Below are positions 57,667-63,315 of a stretch of DNA of 63,315 bases, in pieces. Origin of the DNA: a bacterium (GTDB lineage Bacteria > SAR324 > XYD2-FULL-50-16); the NCBI GenBank assembly GCA_032250835.1, contig JAVVEA010000020.1, positions 1 through 63,315 on the forward strand, read 5' to 3'. Positions within the stretch are counted from its first letter, which is position 1, and every line of letters begins with the position of its first letter. Position numbers and translations under genes: made by a program. The notes below the pieces were generated by a model. That model was not told the origin of the DNA and searched no databases. It saw only the letters and a program-made list of their open reading frames with translations.

Positions 57667-59922
57667 ATGTTAAGCCGCGAATTGGAAATCTCACTGATCT
57701 CAGCCGTTCGAGACGCCAAGAAAAGGCGACATGAATATGTCACCTTAGAACACGTCTTCTTCGCGTTGCTACATGACCACGTTACCTCGTTGATTTTAGA
57801 GGAATGCGGCGGCGATGTGGAAGAGCTCAAACGACAGGTAGACCAGTACCTAAACACCCAGGTCCCCTCGCTTCCTGAAGAAGTGGAGCAGGAGCCCTTG
57901 CAAACCCTGGCGTTCCAGCGGTTGATGCATCGGGTGATGAAACATGTCCAGTCTAGCGGCAAAAAAGAAGCCGACGGCGGAGACGTTTTGGCGGCCTTCT
58001 TTAAAGAAGTAGACAGCCACGCCGTTTATTTCTTGCGTTCTCAGGGAATCGAGCGTCTCGACATCCTGCGCACCATCAGCCACGGCGAAAACGGCAAGAA
58101 AGAAGGGCTCGGCCCAGAGGCTCAACGAGCGCCCAGCGACGAGCGCAGCCAAGCACCGAAGCAGCCCGGCAAAAAGACCGCCCTGGAGTCTTATACCCTC
58201 AACCTGACCGAAATGGCCAAGGCAGGGAAAATTGATCCGGTGGTGGGCCGTGAGATCGAGCTAGAGCGCTGCATGCAGGTGCTCAGCCGCCGCCGCAAGA
58301 ACAACCCGATCTTAGTCGGAGAGCCCGGCGTAGGCAAAACCGCCATTGCTGAGGCCTTAGCCTTGCGCATCGAGTCGGGCCATGTGCCCGATACGCTCAA
58401 AGACGGTGAGGTCTATAGCCTCGATATGGGCAGCCTGCTGGCCGGAACCAAGTTCCGCGGCGACTTTGAACAACGCTTAAAGGGCGTGATCCAAGAAGTG
58501 GGCGAGCGCGAAAAGGCCGTGTTGTTTATCGACGAGATCCACACCATCGTCGGTGCCGGGGCGACCTCGGGCAGCAGCATGGACGCCAGCAATATTTTAA
58601 AACCCGCTTTAATCACCGGCAATCTACGCTGCGTAGGCGCGACCACCTACGGCGAGTACCGCAACTTCTTCGACAAAGACCGCGCCTTAAGCCGCCGGTT
58701 CCAGAAGATCGACGTGCCCGAACCGACGATCGAAGAGGCCGTGCAGATTTTGCAGGGCCTACGCGAGCGCTACGAGACCTACTTTGGCATCAAATACTCC
58801 AACACGGCGCTGCGCGCTGCGGCGGAGCTTTCAGCCGAGTACATCCACGACCGCTTCTTGCCCGATAAGGCCATCGACGTGATCGACGAAGCCGGTGCGG
58901 CGGTGATGCTGCTACCCCAGCACAAACGCCGCAAGCGCGCGATCAACGTTTTGGATATTGAGCGGGTGGTCAGTAAGATTGCCCGCGTGCCCATCAAGAG
59001 CCGCAGCAAAGAAGATATTGGGGCCTTGGCTGAGCTGGAAGCAGAGCTTAAGGGCCAAGTCTTCGGCCAAGACGAAGCGATCAAGCATATCGTCACCAGT
59101 ATCAAACGCAATAAGGCAGGCTTGGGCCATCCCGACAAGCCGATCGGCAGCTTCCTCTTCGCCGGACCGACCGGCGTAGGTAAAACCGAGGTGAGCAAGC
59201 AGATTGCCAAGCAACTAGGCATTCACTTCGAGCGGATCGACATGTCTGAGTACATGGAGAAACATTCGGTGGCTCGTTTGATCGGGGCCCCTCCGGGCTA
59301 CGTGGGCTTTGAACAGGGTGGCTTGATGACCGAGTCGATCCGCAAGCACCCGCACAGTGTGTTGCTGCTTGATGAGATCGAAAAGGCCCATCCGGATGTA
59401 TACAACATCCTGCTTCAGGTAATGGACCACGCGACCTTGACGGACAATAACGGGATTGAAGCCAACTTCCGCAACGTGATCTTGGTGATGACCAGCAACG
59501 TGGGCAGCAGCGAAGGCGGGGCCAAGGCCATCGGCTTTGGGGCGTCGAACCACAACAAGGAAAGCGACGCCATCGACCGGCACTTTCCGCCGGAGTTCCG
59601 CAACCGCTTAGACGGCATCATCAACTTCAACAGCCTCGATGCGGCGGTGATGGAGTCGGTGGTCGAAAAGTTCATTAAGGAACTTGAAGGCCAGTTAGGT
59701 GAGAAGAAAATCACCATCAAACTGACCGCTAAGGCCCGCAAATGGCTGGCCACCAAGGGCTACGACCCTGAAATGGGTGCAAGGCCCCTGGCCCGCGTGA
59801 TCCAGGCGAACATCAAAGACCAACTTTCCGACGAGATCCTCTTCGGTAAGTTGATCAAAGGGGGTGAGGTTAAGGTGGACGAGAAGAAAGACGCACTCAC
59901 CTTCACCTACAAATCCCGTTAA
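57667..59922 (+). CDS. clpA: ATP-dependent Clp protease ATP-binding subunit ClpA
   Basis: Two AAA+ modules ([16 protein letters not shown]), no ClpB middle domain, IGF loop, follows clpS. Confidence 0.96.
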   Translation: MLSRELEISLISAVRDAKKRRHEYVTLEHVFFALLHDHVTSLILEECGGDVEELKRQVDQYLNTQVPSLPEEVEQEPLQTLAFQRLMHRVMKHVQSSGKKEADGGDVLAAFFKEVDSHAVYFLRSQGIERLDILRTISHGENGKKEGLGPEAQRAPSDERSQAPKQPGKKTALESYTLNLTEMAKAGKIDPVVGREIELERCMQVLSRRRKNNPILVGEPGVGKTAIAEALALRIESGHVPDTLKDGEVYSLDMGSLLAGTKFRGDFEQRLKGVIQEVGEREKAVLFIDEIHTIVGAGATSGSSMDASNILKPALITGNLRCVGATTYGEYRNFFDKDRALSRRFQKIDVPEPTIEEAVQILQGLRERYETYFGIKYSNTALRAAAELSAEYIHDRFLPDKAIDVIDEAGAAVMLLPQHKRRKRAINVLDIERVVSKIARVPIKSRSKEDIGALAELEAELKGQVFGQDEAIKHIVTSIKRNKAGLGHPDKPIGSFLFAGPTGVGKTEVSKQIAKQLGIHFERIDMSEYMEKHSVARLIGAPPGYVGFEQGGLMTESIRKHPHSVLLLDEIEKAHPDVYNILLQVMDHATLTDNNGIEANFRNVILVMTSNVGSSEGGAKAIGFGASNHNKESDAIDRHFPPEFRNRLDGIINFNSLDAAVMESVVEKFIKELEGQLGEKKITIKLTAKARKWLATKGYDPEMGARPLARVIQANIKDQLSDEILFGKLIKGGEVKVDEKKDALTFTYKSR

Positions 59923-59946
59923 CCACCGCGGATTGGGGTTTCTTTG

Positions 59947-59984
59947 AAAGCCCGGACAGGGGAACCTGTCCGGGCTTTTTTTTT
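59947..59984 (+). terminator. Rho-independent terminator
   Basis: AAAGCCCGGACAGG-GGAA-CCTGTCCGGGC followed by T9. Confidence 0.9.
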
Positions 59985-59994
59985 GGAGCGCAAG

Positions 59995-60579
59995 ATGGCG
60001 AGCAAATACCTCGGGTTGGTCCTGCTTTTCCTTTTTGGCTGCGCCACCGGCCCGGTCTGGGCCCCTGATTGGGCTTTGAGCGACCCGGCCCAAATCCCGG
60101 TGCAGGTGGAGCAAAAAGACGCTTTGACCCGGGTCTACCTTTCTCCTGCTATGAGCCCCCGCATGGGGGCTCAGTCGAGCCTGCTGCGCTGCTATCGCAA
60201 TATTGAATCCAAGAACATCGCCTGCCAGCTATTTATCCAGGTCCGGAGTGAACTTCCTTCGGGCGAGCGGCAAATTGCCTATGAACTAGGCGGTGAGGAA
60301 CGCTTGGGCGAGGTCAAGTTGGTCTTAGAAGACCGGGCCTGCGGTCCGCTTTGTTCGGGGTTTGATTGTGGCAATAGTTGTTACAATATCTATTTCTTCA
60401 CCTATAACCTCGATGCGGCTTTAGTAGACCAATTACGCAAAATGGCCCGGATGCCTGTGGACCTGCGACGCCCGTTAAACTTTGCGCTGGTAGGCAAGGG
60501 GCCTAAGTACCAGGGGGCCATTGCGCCCACCGCCCTAGAAGCGCTCTTCTTAAAAATGGCCGAGGAGCAGACGCCATGA
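59995..60579 (+). CDS. Hypothetical Cys-rich lipoprotein
   Basis: Lipobox LFGC; CGPLCSGFDCGNSC plus two further Cys. Confidence 0.65.
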   Translation: MASKYLGLVLLFLFGCATGPVWAPDWALSDPAQIPVQVEQKDALTRVYLSPAMSPRMGAQSSLLRCYRNIESKNIACQLFIQVRSELPSGERQIAYELGGEERLGEVKLVLEDRACGPLCSGFDCGNSCYNIYFFTYNLDAALVDQLRKMARMPVDLRRPLNFALVGKGPKYQGAIAPTALEALFLKMAEEQTP

Positions 60580-61043
60580 GTCAAGATTTCGAAACTTCTT
60601 TTAAGATGTTGCGCTGGATGTTTGAGGATCTGGCGCTACCCATTGGGGACGGGCTGGAATATTATCAGGCCCCTGGGCCACAAGAAGAGCGACAGGCTCA
60701 CCTCTTGTGGCATGTGGGCCATGCCGCTTCGGACTTGGCCCGTGCGCTGATCGACCCCTACCAACCGGACCTGCAACTCTCGGCTCCTTGGGGCGATGAA
60801 TTCCGCGGGTTTAACGCCCACCTACCCTGGCCCGAGGGGCCGCCGGATTTTTTTGCGTTGATTGATTGGTACGAAGGTTTGTTCGCCGCGATCAAAACGC
60901 TGATGCCCCGCTACCAGCGGTCTTTGGTGCTGCCGGTAGACTTGGGGGATCGTCAGGTAAGGACCGCACGCGAAGCCTGGGACTATGTGTTGTTCCACAC
61001 AGGCTTCCACCTGGGCCGCTGCCACCAGCTATTGGACTGGTAA
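60576..61043 (+). CDS. DinB/YfiT-like four-helix protein
   Basis: HLLWHVGH and FHTGFHLG His motifs. Confidence 0.7.
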   Translation: MSQDFETSFKMLRWMFEDLALPIGDGLEYYQAPGPQEERQAHLLWHVGHAASDLARALIDPYQPDLQLSAPWGDEFRGFNAHLPWPEGPPDFFALIDWYEGLFAAIKTLMPRYQRSLVLPVDLGDRQVRTAREAWDYVLFHTGFHLGRCHQLLDW

Positions 61044-61047
61044 GGGG

Positions 61048-62355
61048 CTAGTCAGCGAAGGCAAACATCTCGATCAATTGGCTCTGGCCTTTGACCTCCA
61101 CGGAACCCATAGACTTGAAATTAAACTGGCCGGCTAGGGCCTGCTGGACTGTTTGGGAAACCAGAAAGTCAGCACCCAAGCTGCGGCAGGCAGACTCAAT
61201 CCGGCTGGCCAAGTTAACGGTGTCCCCAATCACGGTGTATTCAAGCCGCTCGGCGGTGCCGATGTTGCCTACAATGGCTTCGCCGTAATGGATGCCGATC
61301 CCTTGTCCTAGTTGGCTTTTGCCTTCGCTTTGGCGCTGCTGGTTCAACTCGGCCAAGGCGCGCTTCATGGCCAAGCCGCACTGCACCGCCCGGAGCAAGT
61401 CTTCCTGGCCCGTCTCGGGGGTGCCGAAGGTGGCTAAGATGCCGTCGCCTAAGAATTTGTCTAAGGTCCCGCCGTGCTCAAATATCAAGCGGACCATGGT
61501 TTCGTGGTAGGCCGAAAGGAACTGGACCACCTCTTCGGGCGGCAAGGTTTCGGACATAGCGGTGAAGTTGCGTAGGTCGCAGAACATCACCGCCACGGGC
61601 TGCCGCCTCCCGCCGGGGCGGAAGAAGTCTTCACCGGCCCCGCTGATCGCTTGGGCCACCGAAGGGCTAAAATAACGGCCCAACTGGGCGTTGGCCCGTT
61701 CTAGGTTGACTGCTTTGATCACCGTTTGGCGGAAGTTGTAAGAAATCAAGCTGATCAATGCCCCGACCATCAAGATCGCACCGGTGTTGATCCAGAAAAA
61801 CACCGGGTTTAGCCCGGTGCCCATGATGTGTTGGCTGTAACTAGAGGTGAGCACAACCCTTGGGTCCTCTAAAACCCACCTATAAAGCCCTAGGTTGAAA
61901 GCAAAAGACAAGAGCGAGAGCAGGGCCGGGTAGAGCGGGCGCAGCGCCAATCCACTGACGGTGATCAGGCCAATAGATACTAAAATGCCGGAGGTTTTGA
62001 GGGTATAGGCCCGGTTGATGAGCTCGCCCCCGCCAATTTCGTACCAAGCAAAGGGCAAAATGCAGATCAGGGCGAGATCGATCCCCAATCCGGTGAGCCC
62101 CATTAAATGCAAGTGCTTGGCGTCTAGGTTGCCGTGGCGGATGCGCCAGAGCAAAACACCGATAACCGCCAGCAAGATTAGGTACAAAACACCCAGGTGC
62201 TGGGTGGGCTGGGTAAAATATTCCAGCGTGAAGTTAGTGCCTAGTAGGTAAAGTAGCAGCAGCCCCTTAAAGACCAGATGCAGGCGGGTGCCTTGCAGCT
62301 CCTTCTGGAACAAGACTTCGTCAGAAACCTTTAGTAATCGGCGCGGCAGCTTCAT
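61048..62355 (-). CDS. Membrane-bound class III adenylate cyclase
   Basis: About 6 TM; LGRYFSP, FCDLRNFT, LDKFLGDG, GIGIHYG, EYTVIGDTVNLASRIE, VKG. Confidence 0.92.
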   Translation of the reverse strand: MKLPRRLLKVSDEVLFQKELQGTRLHLVFKGLLLLYLLGTNFTLEYFTQPTQHLGVLYLILLAVIGVLLWRIRHGNLDAKHLHLMGLTGLGIDLALICILPFAWYEIGGGELINRAYTLKTSGILVSIGLITVSGLALRPLYPALLSLLSFAFNLGLYRWVLEDPRVVLTSSYSQHIMGTGLNPVFFWINTGAILMVGALISLISYNFRQTVIKAVNLERANAQLGRYFSPSVAQAISGAGEDFFRPGGRRQPVAVMFCDLRNFTAMSETLPPEEVVQFLSAYHETMVRLIFEHGGTLDKFLGDGILATFGTPETGQEDLLRAVQCGLAMKRALAELNQQRQSEGKSQLGQGIGIHYGEAIVGNIGTAERLEYTVIGDTVNLASRIESACRSLGADFLVSQTVQQALAGQFNFKSMGSVEVKGQSQLIEMFAFAD

Positions 62356-62416
62356 ATCCCTCAACTCCGAGAAAGGGTTGAGGGTAGTCTAGCGGCTTGG
62401 GGGCCTCTTGAAAAGG

Positions 62417-63115
62417 CTAGAAGCGGGTCGCCAAGCTGAGCATAAATCCGTTTTCTAAGTTGAAGGTCATGCTTTCGGTGCTGTCTTCAATGGTGATCGT
62501 GGTAGCCAAAGATTGGGCCTCGAAACCTAACATCAGGTTGTCATTAACGGCGAACAGTATAGGTAGGGCATAGACGCGGAGCGGGACGCTGTCGGTATAC
62601 TCGCCTAGGTAATCGCCCGAACCGCTCAAACCACCCAAAGATAAGGAAACACTGCCCTCTTCTTGGTAGGTCATTTTTGCGGTGCCTTGGCGCACCTGAG
62701 GCATGACTGTCACACTTTCACCTATATTGAAGTGGAAGCCAAAAGCCCCGAAATTACCGGCTAAGGCCAGCTTGCTTTGCTGGACGTCGATTTCGATGGT
62801 ATCGAAGGTGGTACCATCAAGAGTGTAGTTGGTTTCTTTCCAGTTCGCCTTCCCGGTCATTAGGTAACTCTGATAACCCACGCCAATCAATAGACCAAAG
62901 TCCGGGGCCCAATAAAGCCCCGCCACGCTCCCGCTACCGGTCAATTTGTGGTCCAAAGCCTGAAAAGCTTCGGTCAACTCGGTGCCAGTGGTAGCATAGT
63001 CGATGTTTGCGCTAGCAGCTCCTCCGCTAAGCATCAAGAGGCCGCCTGCCTTGGCTTGAGGTGCCGAAAACAGGATCAAACAAGAAGCAATTAAGAGAGG
63101 TATGCGCGTTTTCAT
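62417..63115 (-). CDS. Putative outer-membrane beta-barrel protein
   Basis: Signal peptide ending AKA, amphipathic beta strands, C-terminal Phe (SLATRF). Confidence 0.6.
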   Translation of the reverse strand: MKTRIPLLIASCLILFSAPQAKAGGLLMLSGGAASANIDYATTGTELTEAFQALDHKLTGSGSVAGLYWAPDFGLLIGVGYQSYLMTGKANWKETNYTLDGTTFDTIEIDVQQSKLALAGNFGAFGFHFNIGESVTVMPQVRQGTAKMTYQEEGSVSLSLGGLSGSGDYLGEYTDSVPLRVYALPILFAVNDNLMLGFEAQSLATTITIEDSTESMTFNLENGFMLSLATRF

Positions 63116-63315
63116 GGCATTTGACCGAACAGATGATTTCCGAAAGCCCTTAAAGGCAAAAGCTTAAAGAAACCTAAAAAGCAAAGAAGGGGCCAAAAGG
63201 AAGGACCGGACTGTCTTTATAGGGCAGTCCGGCAGGGGGTATAGTGGACCGAAAAGTTCAGACAAAATTTGAATTAGGCGTTATTTCTGAATTGCGGTAA
63301 CGAACCTCGATTTAG

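Overview
63.3-kb gene-dense, GC-rich bacterial window. Gene content (sigma-54 regulation, type III glutamine synthetase, rubrerythrin, ClpS/ClpA, delta-type Fur box) suggests a deltaproteobacteria-like lineage; this is inference only. Most of the window is housekeeping: purT, UvrD-type helicase, ROK kinase, GSIII-PII-AmtB, lnt/corC, glgA, rodA, rfaE2, rubrerythrin, miaB, ruvB, queG, sohB, clpSA and two class III cyclases. Three accessory elements stand out. (1) 136-9227: an operon headed by two paralogous Cys-containing leader peptides ending in RAPP and RGPP arrest motifs, followed by a TonB-dependent receptor, a membrane-anchored periplasmic protein, a NapH-like polyferredoxin, a double-cubane-type reductase with its ATP-dependent activator, a DsbD_2-like thiol membrane protein and ExbB-ExbD-TonB. 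It looks like an uncharacterised metal-regulated import plus low-potential reduction system. (2) 38841-47885: an SNF2 helicase + type III Mod/Res defence locus with two AT-rich cargo genes and an AT-rich target-recognition domain. (3) 48054-48338: a small ORF split by a single in-frame TGA that is followed by a bacterial-SECIS-like hairpin, a candidate new selenoprotein that the ORF track splits in two. Also noted: a response regulator with a CheZ-like C-terminus and an orphan Fur-like box between convergent genes. No rRNA, tRNA, CRISPR array or transposase was recognised. All calls come from motif recognition by eye, without database searches.
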